From a virus, in IMG/VR virus record IMGVR_UViG_3300050821_006485, positions 37,203-101,202 of that record: a stretch of 64,000 nt of DNA; one strand, given 5' to 3'. The notes beneath the pieces were generated by a model. It was not told where the DNA came from. It did not search any database and saw only the letters and a list, made by a program, of their open reading frames with translations. Shown here one piece after another: positions 37,930-47,750 of the stretch. The translations under genes and the position numbers were made by a program. The stretch's first letter is position 1. Each line of letters opens with the position of its first letter.

Positions 37930-40900
37930 ATGAAAAAACTATTATATTTGCTTAGCATTTGCCTAGCCTTTTCCATATCTTCCTATGCTCAGGGACCCTT
38001 GGGGTTCGCCGCGCTTCCCACTCAGTGGGTTGACAACTCTATTTGCAATCCCCCAGGAAACGCCTACGATGTAACCATTGTGCTCGATGGTGTTACCTCC
38101 ACTAACAATGGACCAAATTTAACCAGTGGGGGTATCGGATCAAAGTACCCAAACACCGTTAATGGTTTACTAGACGCCATGAATAATTGGAGAGATAACG
38201 GCGCTAATGCTAATGGTGGTAATAGTTATACAGATGCGTGGTGGCTAATTAAGATTCCGTCTGGATCACTCCTACACGGTAATACACTTGACAGCAATCA
38301 GTCTTTGGTTACGTTACCGGGAAAGCTTAACGGTAGTACGGAACCTACAAAGTGTCTTGTATTGGAATCCACAACGCCTTTGCCTGTAGGGCAGATGGCG
38401 TGCGGTAGAGGTTTGCCCGGTTTTGGCGGGGCACGTAATCCGGGGTGTACTTCTCCAAACGACAAAGCAAACATGTGGCGTTTGCAATTAGATGGTCCTC
38501 TTTCTGGAGTTGGCAAAACAGTTATGACCGCAGGGCAAAGTCTAATTGATCCAGCTAAGTATACCAACCACGTCGTGGTTAGGGATGTTGAACTAACGGT
38601 GCAACCAGGCGCGGCCCAAAGCGCGGCGGGCAGTAAAGCAGTTCGATACTTTGTTGCTTTAAGCGCATTTAGCGGACAATCTGTGTTCGGAGTTGGACCA
38701 ACTTTACGCCCGGAAGCCCACGTAATTGGCTTAGATCGCTATTATGCGCACGGGTGGAATCCGGGCGATCCCGGTCAACCTTCGGGAAGCGGGCCTAATG
38801 GCGCTTGCTCAGCTTGGACTAAATCTGGAACTGTTACTACAACCGACAACCACGATGGTACCTTCTTAATAACGCGTGCTACTGGAAGTTATTTTGGTCT
38901 GACCTTTACTGTAGGGTCTCCGGTTACTATTAACGGAAACGTTTATACAATTACTAATTCTAGCGATATATTAAACGGAGTATCTAATTCTACTTTTACG
39001 GTTTCCGGTCCCGCAATTGCTAATGGAACTTACTCCTACACGGAATCAAACCCACCGGCACAGTACGCCATAGGTTGCGGAGACGACTCCGAAGTAGGCG
39101 TCGTTTTTGACTGCGATTATTGCTGGAGAATGAACGGCTATATTGAAAAAATCCATTGGTGGGCAAACGAATCACACTCTTCGTCCCAAGGTTTTGATAA
39201 CGGGCCTCAGAAGTTTGTTAACAATTGGGAAGAAGGTGGCTCGGCGGGGTGGTTTTCTGGTGGTGGTGCCGTAGATTCAAACGGTGGTCCCGGCGGCAAC
39301 ATGGAAATAAGGAGAAATTATTTTGGCAGGGATTTAAGTTGGAGAAATCTGTCTGCGGGTGCGGGGCAGAGCCCCAGTCCTCCGTGGGGATGCGGCCCAA
39401 TAGATGGCAACGGGTCGCATGATACCTGTCCGTTTAATTACGCTATTAAGAACTCTATAGAACTAAAGTTGGGCCATAATGTGTTAGTTGATGGAAACAT
39501 TATAGAAAATAACTGGTCCGATGCACAACCCGGCTCGGTGGTTGTTATTAATGCCCGTACGTGCTCCGGCGGATCGGTTTGTGGTATCTTCGATCCCAAC
39601 AGTACGCCTCCAGGGCTGCCTAAAACAGGAATTGATAACATACGATTTTCTAATAATTGGATACGTAATTCTCCGAAAACAATTGAGATGGCCAATCGTT
39701 CTGGTATACCGGGAGAAGGGGGCGGTTTAAGTCTTCCCGTAAGGAACAACGATTTTATTAACAATGCACAAACAAACGTCGGTGACACAAATCAGTTTGG
39801 AAATCCGGGAAATGGCTGGCAATTTGTATCTGGCTCCAATTTGTTTAATTGTAATATGTCCAGCGTCGGAACAACGGTAACGGCCTCCTGTTTCCCCGGA
39901 CAAGCAGACATAACCGGCCACATCGGTAAGATTGCGAGTGTAAACAATGTAGTGACCATAACCTATACTCAGGCGCGTCTCGATCCTATGTTGTGTCTTA
40001 CTACTCCGACACTTTGCATAGCTAATGGACAAACTCTTATAATATCTAAGCACCCAGGGTGGAATGGAGTGTTTGCTATGGCAGATTCTGCCGGTAAGTG
40101 GGCAGCCGATGGTACCGGAGGAAATAACATTGTTTACACAGACAATATCAACAACCCCGGAACCGCTACTTTGTGCAGCAATACTACTACGTGCGCGGCT
40201 CTATTAGGTAATGGCGATGTTGTTTACACATCCCTTGGTTACAAGCTGACTGATATATTGGTTAATGATAATGTATACGCTCACAATATAACCAAGGCGG
40301 CGGTAATCACCAGTGTTTCTTCTAACGGTACCACCGCGTCACTTACATTGTCCGACAATACTTATACAGAGACTAACAGCTTGGTTGTCGGTCAATCAAT
40401 TAGCATTTCAAAATTAACGGGTTCTAATAGTGTACTGAACTGCACCGGTTGTATAGTTACTAGTGTGTCGGGCTCTAATCCGCAAGTCGGGTTCACAGTT
40501 AGTTCCTCCGCGAATATAGTACTTAATACAACTGCGGGACAACTAGATGACAATACCTGCACCGCGAGTGGATACGCGGTCGGTTCTTCTTCCGCAAATA
40601 CTACCTATGCCCAGGCCGGTACTCTACCGAACGGTTTAACTGTTGTATATACCGCGCCTTCCCCTACCGGAACCGCTAAGTGCATAATTGAAAACGGGGC
40701 CGGACAACCCAAAAACGTTACTATACAAAACAACACGGTTCTGTCTCCCAGCTTGTTTGCGATTACGTCCTTCGGACAATTTTGGCAGTCTAGCGGCAGC
40801 CGGTTCTTTAAAAACGTATTTATTACCAACGATACTGGGCGGAATTCCGATGTAACCTGTACCAATCAAGGAGGTGGGACCTCTGCTTTTACTTGTTGGG

Positions 40901-41439
40901 ACCCGAACACTTTTGAATATTGGCAAAACGTTATGCCGGGACAGCTCTCAACAGCTTGGAGTACCCCCGATCCATTAGGGTTGTGTCCGGGGTGTCTTAA
41001 TTATTTCCCGCCAAATGGAAGCCCAAGTGGATTTGGTGGTGGAAGCCAGGGAGTAAACTGCGCCACCGGTACCGCTAATCCTAATTGCTTGGGATTCTCC
41101 GGGTTTATGAACGGAGCATCCGCACTGGTTACCTTCCCAACCGGGCCGTGTCCAGACGCCAATGCGCCGTATAATTGCCCGCTGATGTCTTTGCCCTACG
41201 CGGATAATTTAAGGCTGTCCCACCTTTCTTATGTCGGGTCTAGTTCGTATTCGGCATTTGGGGTTAACACGGCGCAGATGACCACGGCTATGACACAGAC
41301 CTTGTATATCTGCCCAATCGGGGCGAACTGCGGTCCCCATGGGCCTTATCCCGATGGCGGTGTTAACACCGGTCTAGGAATTAATGGGGTTATATTGACA
41401 CCGTTTACCATCCTAACATCGGGCGCGGTAGAAAAGTAA
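37930..41439 (+). CDS. Large Cys-rich right-handed beta-helix protein with signal peptide
   Basis: MKKLLYLLSICLAFSISSYA-Q; IKNSIELKLGHNVLVDGNIIENNWSDAQ, NIRFSNNWIRN. Confidence 0.75.
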   Translation: MKKLLYLLSICLAFSISSYAQGPLGFAALPTQWVDNSICNPPGNAYDVTIVLDGVTSTNNGPNLTSGGIGSKYPNTVNGLLDAMNNWRDNGANANGGNSYTDAWWLIKIPSGSLLHGNTLDSNQSLVTLPGKLNGSTEPTKCLVLESTTPLPVGQMACGRGLPGFGGARNPGCTSPNDKANMWRLQLDGPLSGVGKTVMTAGQSLIDPAKYTNHVVVRDVELTVQPGAAQSAAGSKAVRYFVALSAFSGQSVFGVGPTLRPEAHVIGLDRYYAHGWNPGDPGQPSGSGPNGACSAWTKSGTVTTTDNHDGTFLITRATGSYFGLTFTVGSPVTINGNVYTITNSSDILNGVSNSTFTVSGPAIANGTYSYTESNPPAQYAIGCGDDSEVGVVFDCDYCWRMNGYIEKIHWWANESHSSSQGFDNGPQKFVNNWEEGGSAGWFSGGGAVDSNGGPGGNMEIRRNYFGRDLSWRNLSAGAGQSPSPPWGCGPIDGNGSHDTCPFNYAIKNSIELKLGHNVLVDGNIIENNWSDAQPGSVVVINARTCSGGSVCGIFDPNSTPPGLPKTGIDNIRFSNNWIRNSPKTIEMANRSGIPGEGGGLSLPVRNNDFINNAQTNVGDTNQFGNPGNGWQFVSGSNLFNCNMSSVGTTVTASCFPGQADITGHIGKIASVNNVVTITYTQARLDPMLCLTTPTLCIANGQTLIISKHPGWNGVFAMADSAGKWAADGTGGNNIVYTDNINNPGTATLCSNTTTCAALLGNGDVVYTSLGYKLTDILVNDNVYAHNITKAAVITSVSSNGTTASLTLSDNTYTETNSLVVGQSISISKLTGSNSVLNCTGCIVTSVSGSNPQVGFTVSSSANIVLNTTAGQLDDNTCTASGYAVGSSSANTTYAQAGTLPNGLTVVYTAPSPTGTAKCIIENGAGQPKNVTIQNNTVLSPSLFAITSFGQFWQSSGSRFFKNVFITNDTGRNSDVTCTNQGGGTSAFTCWDPNTFEYWQNVMPGQLSTAWSTPDPLGLCPGCLNYFPPNGSPSGFGGGSQGVNCATGTANPNCLGFSGFMNGASALVTFPTGPCPDANAPYNCPLMSLPYADNLRLSHLSYVGSSSYSAFGVNTAQMTTAMTQTLYICPIGANCGPHGPYPDGGVNTGLGINGVILTPFTILTSGAVEK

Positions 41440-41452
41440 AAAGGAGGACTAA

Positions 41453-41911
41453 GTGGGTACAAACTTAAACGACATAGCATTGGCGCTGGAAGAACGTGCA
41501 CAAGAACTAGAACGGCAGAAGGCCAGCGCCGTGCACTCGCATAGAATTGAACTGGCTAAACTTAAGAAGCAAAGGGAAACCGAGCAAGCCCGCCAAGAAG
41601 CCGAGTATAGAACCAAGGTTGCCGAGCACGAGCGTATTAAACGAGAAAAAAAGGAAGCCGCAGAGAGAGAACTACGCGAGGAAGCCGTACGGCGTTCGGA
41701 GAAGGACATGGAGTACGCCAAGAAGCAGGCGGAGATAGACTTGGCGGCTAAGAAGGCGGAGGAGCTTAGGGCGCAGATGGTGGAGCTGGAGAACAACCAG
41801 GCGAAAGCCAAGCAAGCGGAACTGGACTACTTAGAAAGCCTTAAGCCAAAAGTTAACAGCGAGAGAATCATGCCGAACCCAATGCAAAGGTTCTTTCAGG
41901 CCCAAGAATAA
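41453..41911 (+). CDS. Charged coiled-coil protein
   Basis: AAGGAGG RBS, GTG start, E/K/R/A-rich. Confidence 0.7.
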   Translation: MGTNLNDIALALEERAQELERQKASAVHSHRIELAKLKKQRETEQARQEAEYRTKVAEHERIKREKKEAAERELREEAVRRSEKDMEYAKKQAEIDLAAKKAEELRAQMVELENNQAKAKQAELDYLESLKPKVNSERIMPNPMQRFFQAQE

Positions 41912-41922
41912 TTTTAAAAAAT

Positions 41923-41993
41923 CTCAAACTTTGATCGGTTTGAGCCAGGGCCTCGTTGCCCGTAAGCAGCGGGGCTCAACCTACTTACGGAGG
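41923..41993 (+). promoter_or_regulatory. Hairpin plus SD-sequestering pseudoknot leader (copy 3)
   Basis: CTCAAAC/GTTTGAG hairpin; GGGCCTCGTTGC/GCAGCGGGGCTC stem with loop CCGTAA pairing TTACGG over GGAGG. Confidence 0.72.
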
Positions 41994-41998
41994 AATTT

Positions 41999-42610
41999 AT
42001 GAAATTTATAGACATAACTGGTCATACTTATGGAGAATTAACTGTTATAAAAAGAAGGCCGGGAAATAGCAAGAATAAAAGAGCAATGTGGGTTTGTATG
42101 TGTAGTTGCGGCAAAGAGCATATAGTAGACAGTAATAGATTACGCTCTGGGAATACTACAAGTTGCGGCCATTTAATTACCCATTGTTTGCGTGGGCATT
42201 TAAGAATTCCTGAAAACTTATATGATAATGGCGGCTGTAAACAATGTAAAAAAGAAAAGGGCAATTCTTTACACAAAAGAGACCCAGAAGCGCATAGAAT
42301 AGCGTGCCAACGCTGGACGGATAGAACTAAATTAGAAGCCTTAACTCATTATGGTCCGGGTGGAAAATTAGGATGTTGCTGGGAAGGTTGTGTGGTAGAA
42401 GATATAGACATGCTTAGTTTAGATCACATCAAGGATGATGGTAATACACACTGGCAAAAAACTGGAGCAAAGTACGGCGGTGGGGCGCTGTATACTTGGG
42501 CCAGAAAGAATGGTTGGCCAAAAGTATTACAAACTCTATGCTTTAACCACCAATTTAAAAAGAGAATGAATAAAGTCAGGGCAGATAGATTAAAGCCCTT
42601 AGGAGAATAA
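41999..42610 (+). CDS. HNH-type homing endonuclease
   Basis: WVCMCSCG...SCG, THCLRGH, DIDMLSLDHIKDDG...LCFNH. Confidence 0.8.
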   Translation: MKFIDITGHTYGELTVIKRRPGNSKNKRAMWVCMCSCGKEHIVDSNRLRSGNTTSCGHLITHCLRGHLRIPENLYDNGGCKQCKKEKGNSLHKRDPEAHRIACQRWTDRTKLEALTHYGPGGKLGCCWEGCVVEDIDMLSLDHIKDDGNTHWQKTGAKYGGGALYTWARKNGWPKVLQTLCFNHQFKKRMNKVRADRLKPLGE

Positions 42611-42614
42611 AATA

Positions 42615-44693
42615 ATGGCAGTTACTCTTTATCCCGGCGGCGATAACCCTGTCACTGTAAATTTTGGACTGGCTCTTTGGGATATGAGCTTTACAATGGC
42701 TGAAAATTTTGAGATTATAGACCAGTTTCTCGGAGGTGGGGGAGGTTCATCTTCTTTTAGTAGCATTACAAGCGGGACAAATACTAATCATACCCTAACT
42801 GTAGGAAATTTATCTTCCCTAACTTTTACTGGAACCGGAGTTGTGAACGCAAACGAACTTAACGGAATAGGTATCGGCGGTACTTTGACCCATGCCGGGC
42901 AAATCCTTATCAGTCAGCCCGGTAATACCACAGCAGTTTGGGCAGACCCCTTGGTACAAGGTATTCAAGCAGAGGGCACAACCGCGTCCACGGTTAATCC
43001 CGTTCTTATAGCGGGCAAGGACAACTTAGGAAATCTTAGGGATTTAACGCTGGATTCTAGCGGAAACCTTTTAGTTACTGGCTCACTCACAACGACACCC
43101 CCGGCGAATGCGTCTACGAATGTCACACAGTTTGGCAGTAATAACATTGTTACGGGTACCGGAGCGAGTGGCCTAGGAATTCCTCGCTTCACTATTGCCA
43201 ATGATTCTTCCCTTGCGGCCAACCAAAGCGTAAATGTAAATCAAATCGGAGGGTCCGCCATCACAGAAGGGCAGAAAACTATGGCCGCTTCTGTACCCGT
43301 GGTTATTGCCTCGGATCAGACTGCTATACCAGTTTCTTTAGGCTCTATTTCAACCGTAGACATTCAAAAATGGGCCGGTACTTCTCTTGGCACACCTGCT
43401 AATTTTGGTGTTAGTCCCGGTTCAGTTATCTCGGGCTCTGTTAATGCCTCATTGTTTGCCGGTAGTACCGCACTTTCAGCTACAGGATCAAATCTTAATG
43501 TAAATGTTAGTGGAGGAAGCACAAATCCGGCGGCTGGACTTACGGGATCGGCACCCCCAACATCGGCAGACTATAGCGGTATTAACGTTGGCGCGACACT
43601 TCGTGGACGAACCGGGGTTAATCCTACCGGCACAGTATATGCAGCGCAAACCGATCTTACTTCTCTTAACGGTGTCTCTCTTGGTTCTCCTGCCGCATAT
43701 GGTACGTCTCCGGGGGCGGTAAACGCCCTCGGTGTAAACGCGTTTATTACTAATACTCCAGCCGTAACGTTAACTTCAACCACAATAACAGGTACCGTGG
43801 CTGTTACGCAAAGCACTTCTCCTTGGGTTGATAATCTTACACAGGTGGCCGGGACAGTTTTGGGATCAACGGCGGTTGTTAATTTTGGTACCGCTCCCGC
43901 CGCTGCCGCTGTACCTGGAGTCAATGCTTCTTTGTTTTCTGGCACTACAGCATTGACCAATACTGGCGGGGCTTTAAATGTTAATGTTTCAACCGCCCCG
44001 CTTACAACAGTAAACCTAACCCAATGGGCCAGTACTGCCCTTGGTACTCCAACTAACTTTGGCACCACACCTGGAGCTGTAGTTGCTGGAAGTGTTAATT
44101 CATCTCTGTTTCTTGGCACAACGGCAGCGGCGCTGGCGGGAGGCACCGCTGGTGTGCAAAAAGTTGGAATTGTTGGGGGCACAGCCGCTACGATTGATGC
44201 CACAATTGCTGCTGGTACCGCGCCTACTAATGGTCTAGCGGTTTTAACTCAATATAATAGCGCTACTGCCGTACCAACAGCCGCCCAAACTGTAGTTTTA
44301 CAAAGCGATTCCTGGGGCAACCTACTTACTAGGCCTTATAGAAGAGCAAAGATAACCGGACAAGCTACTACAATTACAAATTCTTCTGCGGCTACTACGG
44401 TATTTGCTGCGCAGGGCGTTGGCACATTTGGTGACATCTCCAATTTTGTACTTACGGCGACACCAGCGGCAACCACCGCCGTAGCGTTTACCGCCACCCT
44501 TTCTGATGGCACAGTTAGTTACATTTTTGATATGGATACCGGATCGGTAGCGGCCCCAAGTGTGCCTACAAATATTAATTTCGACCCACCCCTTCCCGGC
44601 ACCACAGCTAATACGGTGTGGACAGTGGCGCTTAGTGTAAATACTATTACGGTTCATATTACCGTTGTGGGAGTTGCACAAAAATCTAGTTAA
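42615..44693 (+). CDS. Fibre/decoration protein with internal repeats
   Basis: About four copies of TQWAGTxLGTPxNFGTxPGAVxAGSVNASLF; N-terminus resembles that of 36305. Confidence 0.7.
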   Translation: MAVTLYPGGDNPVTVNFGLALWDMSFTMAENFEIIDQFLGGGGGSSSFSSITSGTNTNHTLTVGNLSSLTFTGTGVVNANELNGIGIGGTLTHAGQILISQPGNTTAVWADPLVQGIQAEGTTASTVNPVLIAGKDNLGNLRDLTLDSSGNLLVTGSLTTTPPANASTNVTQFGSNNIVTGTGASGLGIPRFTIANDSSLAANQSVNVNQIGGSAITEGQKTMAASVPVVIASDQTAIPVSLGSISTVDIQKWAGTSLGTPANFGVSPGSVISGSVNASLFAGSTALSATGSNLNVNVSGGSTNPAAGLTGSAPPTSADYSGINVGATLRGRTGVNPTGTVYAAQTDLTSLNGVSLGSPAAYGTSPGAVNALGVNAFITNTPAVTLTSTTITGTVAVTQSTSPWVDNLTQVAGTVLGSTAVVNFGTAPAAAAVPGVNASLFSGTTALTNTGGALNVNVSTAPLTTVNLTQWASTALGTPTNFGTTPGAVVAGSVNSSLFLGTTAAALAGGTAGVQKVGIVGGTAATIDATIAAGTAPTNGLAVLTQYNSATAVPTAAQTVVLQSDSWGNLLTRPYRRAKITGQATTITNSSAATTVFAAQGVGTFGDISNFVLTATPAATTAVAFTATLSDGTVSYIFDMDTGSVAAPSVPTNINFDPPLPGTTANTVWTVALSVNTITVHITVVGVAQKSS

Positions 44694-44707
44694 AATTAAG
44701 AAAGTGC

Positions 44708-44736
44708 TTGACACGTAATTTGGTTTATGCTATGCT
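44708..44736 (+). promoter_or_regulatory. Sigma70-type promoter
   Basis: TTGACA-17 bp-TATGCT with extended -10 TG and an A-rich upstream tract. Confidence 0.8.
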
Positions 44737-44788
44737 TTCTGTAGACCAACCTGCTGTAAAATCATAAATTGATTCGGGGAAGGCAATA

Positions 44789-45544
44789 ATGCTATCTAAG
44801 CCAAGGATTTTGCTGTTGGACGTTGAGACTTTTCCAAACGTTGCGTATGTCTGGGGAAAATATGAGCAGAATGTCATTGAATACAAACAAGAGAGTTGCC
44901 TTGCAACCTTTGCTTATAAATGGCTAGACGAAGACAAAGTGTACGTTAGGGGATTGCCGGACTACAGCGGGTATAAAAGGGGCTCCTACAACGACAAAAA
45001 GCTGGTTACCGACTTGTGGAAGCTGTTGGACGCTGCCGATATTGTAGTGGCCCATAACGGGGATGCCTTCGACGTACGGGTGTGCAACTACCGGTTTATT
45101 GTTAACGGGTTAATGCCGCCAAGCCCATACAAGACGGTAGATACCAAGAAGGCCACCAAGCGAGTGGCTCGTTTCAACTCAAACAAGATAGACGACCTTG
45201 GTACCATATTGGGAATGGGGCAGAAAATAAAGACGGACTTCTCGCTCTGGCGTGGGTGTATTGAAGGCGATCCGGCAGAGTGGAAGAAAATGATGGACTA
45301 CAACAAGCAGGATGTTTTGTTGCTGGAGAAGCTGTACCTTCGTATACGCCCGTGGATCAGCAACCATCCTAATTTTACAGTCGAAAATGGGGCGAGTTGC
45401 CCGAAATGTAACGCATTTGATATTCAATACCGGGGCTATGCAATTACTAATACCAGGCGCTACAGACGTTTCCAGTGCAATAGCTGCGGAGGCTGGGGCC
45501 GGGTAGTAAAGAGCGAGGGCAGCGCGAAGGTTACAAATGCTTAG
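44789..45544 (+). CDS. DnaQ/DEDD-family 3'-5' exonuclease with C-terminal zinc ribbon
   Basis: LLDVET, AHNGDAFD, YNKQDV; CPKC...CNSCG. Confidence 0.85.
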   Translation: MLSKPRILLLDVETFPNVAYVWGKYEQNVIEYKQESCLATFAYKWLDEDKVYVRGLPDYSGYKRGSYNDKKLVTDLWKLLDAADIVVAHNGDAFDVRVCNYRFIVNGLMPPSPYKTVDTKKATKRVARFNSNKIDDLGTILGMGQKIKTDFSLWRGCIEGDPAEWKKMMDYNKQDVLLLEKLYLRIRPWISNHPNFTVENGASCPKCNAFDIQYRGYAITNTRRYRRFQCNSCGGWGRVVKSEGSAKVTNA

Positions 45545-45556
45545 GGAGAAAAAGTA

Positions 45557-46195
45557 ATGTTGCAAGACTCAGAGACAATACATTCAATTGTAATAGGACT
45601 AGGGTTTCGCGCACGCAGCGGCAAGGATTCTGCTGCGGCTGCGATTATAGGGACCCATAGTAACCAGTACAGCATCAAAAGATTTGCATTTGCCGACGAA
45701 CTCAAACGCGAAGTTAATGAGATGGCTCAGCAAGCTGGTGGTATGCAAAACTTATTCCTAAAGCATAAAGGAATCTGGCCTTCTTGGGTTGGATACGAAA
45801 AAGATGCTCCTATAGACTACCTTTGTCCTGAAGGAAAGCAGAGGCGGCTCTTACAATATTGGGGAGTATATCGAAGAGAGCAAGATGAAAATTATTGGGT
45901 AGAAAAGGTCGCCAAGAAAATTTCTGAGGATCAGCCAATGGTTGCGCTGGTTAGCGACCTCAGATTTAAGAATGAGAAAAAATGGATTGAACAATACGGG
46001 GACAGTATAAGGGTAGATAGGCCTGGCTTGGATTCCTTAGACAGCCACATTTCAGAACAAGAACTGGCAAAGGTGCCGGATTACGAATGGGGCGCAATCC
46101 TCAAAAACGATTGTAGTTTAGAAGAATTTCAAACTCGCGCAGTAAACGTCTTTGATTATCTAATGGAACGTCCACAAGGAGTGAAAAATGCTTAG
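45557..46195 (+). CDS. Deoxynucleoside monophosphate kinase
   Basis: GFRARSGKDS P-loop, FADELK, RRLLQYWG, VSDLRFKNE, HISE. Confidence 0.88.
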   Translation: MLQDSETIHSIVIGLGFRARSGKDSAAAAIIGTHSNQYSIKRFAFADELKREVNEMAQQAGGMQNLFLKHKGIWPSWVGYEKDAPIDYLCPEGKQRRLLQYWGVYRREQDENYWVEKVAKKISEDQPMVALVSDLRFKNEKKWIEQYGDSIRVDRPGLDSLDSHISEQELAKVPDYEWGAILKNDCSLEEFQTRAVNVFDYLMERPQGVKNA

Positions 46196-46280
46196 CACAC
46201 CCGAGCGTATCCTTATCGTCGTAACCTGTTCAATGTGGCTCATAATTAGTGTGGTTGTTATCTGGCAGGGTCTAATATGA
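46188..46280 (+). CDS. 30-aa single-TM micropeptide missing from the ORF track
   Basis: AAGGAG RBS; MLSTPERILIVVTCSMWLIISVVVIWQGLI; ATGA coupling to the next gene. Confidence 0.55.
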   Translation: MLSTPERILIVVTCSMWLIISVVVIWQGLI

Positions 46281-46975
46281 ACATATCTAGGGATTATCTT
46301 AACAAATTCGTTGTGGTCGTGGGTATAGCTTGGCTCACCCTCGGCATCACCCTTCTGTTCTTAGTAAAGCACTGGCGTCACCAGACGAGTACCCAAGCGA
46401 GCGGCCAAGCGATTTCCTGGCAAAAGCAGCACGCCTCTACGCATCGTATTGGTATATATTCCGTGTTTGAAGCCATTGATGATCTGGGCAAAGCCCATTG
46501 CAGTGGCACGGCGGTTGCCAAGCACGCCCTGCTTACGGCGCAGCACTGCTTTCATAACAGCAACGAAGTCTTGCTAGATGATTCTTGGAGAAAGAATATA
46601 ATCGTGGCCGCATTTCCCGACGGTAATGACCACGTTATTCTACTCCTAGATCACACATTTTACGACTACGCTTCTATTTCTCAGAGGGAGCTGGTACCGG
46701 GAGAAAAAGTAGGTATTTTTGGCAACCCCGGACATAGAAGTGACGTATATCATACGGGTTACTTCGATTCCATGCGGTATTACAAAGATTTTGACCGAAA
46801 TTTTCAGGTGTTTGAGCTACCGGTATTTAGAGGGGACTCCGGCGCTGGTATTTTCGATGAAAAAGGCAGAGTAATTTCGGTAGTATCGCTTTCTAATGAG
46901 TCCTCGGAGGCGGTATCCCTTCCTTTGTCCTTTAGCGAAAACCAGTTAAGGGCTATAGAGCAGGCCGCTCCTTAA
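46277..46975 (+). CDS. Membrane-anchored trypsin-like serine protease
   Basis: N-terminal TM; CSGT, LTAQHC, D, GDSGAG catalytic motifs. Confidence 0.85.
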   Translation: MNISRDYLNKFVVVVGIAWLTLGITLLFLVKHWRHQTSTQASGQAISWQKQHASTHRIGIYSVFEAIDDLGKAHCSGTAVAKHALLTAQHCFHNSNEVLLDDSWRKNIIVAAFPDGNDHVILLLDHTFYDYASISQRELVPGEKVGIFGNPGHRSDVYHTGYFDSMRYYKDFDRNFQVFELPVFRGDSGAGIFDEKGRVISVVSLSNESSEAVSLPLSFSENQLRAIEQAAP

Positions 46976-47750
46976 ACCATTTATCCCAATCTTTTCTCCA
47001 ATCAGTACCGGTAGGAATTTCCCATCCACTTGATGATCCCCCTTTGCTTTCGCTATATACCACTACGGGGTGTCCGAGCTTATCTGCCCATTCTTGCCCA
47101 AGTTTCTTTAGCCTGTTAAACGAACCAATTACAGGCTCGGTATCTGCGTGGAAGATGCCATGAAACTCTTGTACACCTGAGTACGAATTTGGTTTATGCT
47201 TGTAGATTCTATTCTTTGCCACGCAGCCATATGTCCGCGACGTATTACGTACGTCTACACCAGTTGCGGCGTACATTGCGTCTGAACTAGAATGCCAAGG
47301 ACCTTTCGCGGCGTACGTCGTACCGTCTTCTAAGGTAAAGTGCAATGTTGAACCGCCGTAACCATCGGATTTCAAGTCCTTCGGATCGTGGAAGTGTACC
47401 TGCTCTGCCGGAGTCTCGGAGTTAATCGGGTACAGCCACACGTGGCCTTTTTTATCTACCAATTTGCGGTAGATAAATTTTGTTGCTTCCCCGGCCCCAG
47501 AGAACATCTGGTACGGTTTGTCTACGACAAATATATCACCATCTAGGCCAACTTTTGTCGGGGGATCGGGCTTGTCTTTACCAAAGACACTATCTTGGCA
47601 CTTCTGGCACATGCCGCTGATTTCAAACTCCCGTTTGCTTAACGCGTTCCTGAATTTTCCTATAGGTTTACTACAAATTGGGCACCTGCCCATATCAATG
47701 GCTTTTAGTTCTTCTCCAAACCCCGCCGCCTCCATAATCGTCCTATTCAT
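46953..47750 (-). CDS. Hypothetical protein with N-terminal zinc-finger module
   Basis: CPIC...GMCQKCQD; GYGG...GPW C-domain; GGAGG RBS. Confidence 0.7.
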   Translation of the reverse strand: MNRTIMEAAGFGEELKAIDMGRCPICSKPIGKFRNALSKREFEISGMCQKCQDSVFGKDKPDPPTKVGLDGDIFVVDKPYQMFSGAGEATKFIYRKLVDKKGHVWLYPINSETPAEQVHFHDPKDLKSDGYGGSTLHFTLEDGTTYAAKGPWHSSSDAMYAATGVDVRNTSRTYGCVAKNRIYKHKPNSYSGVQEFHGIFHADTEPVIGSFNRLKKLGQEWADKLGHPVVVYSESKGGSSSGWEIPTGTDWRKDWDKWFKERPAL

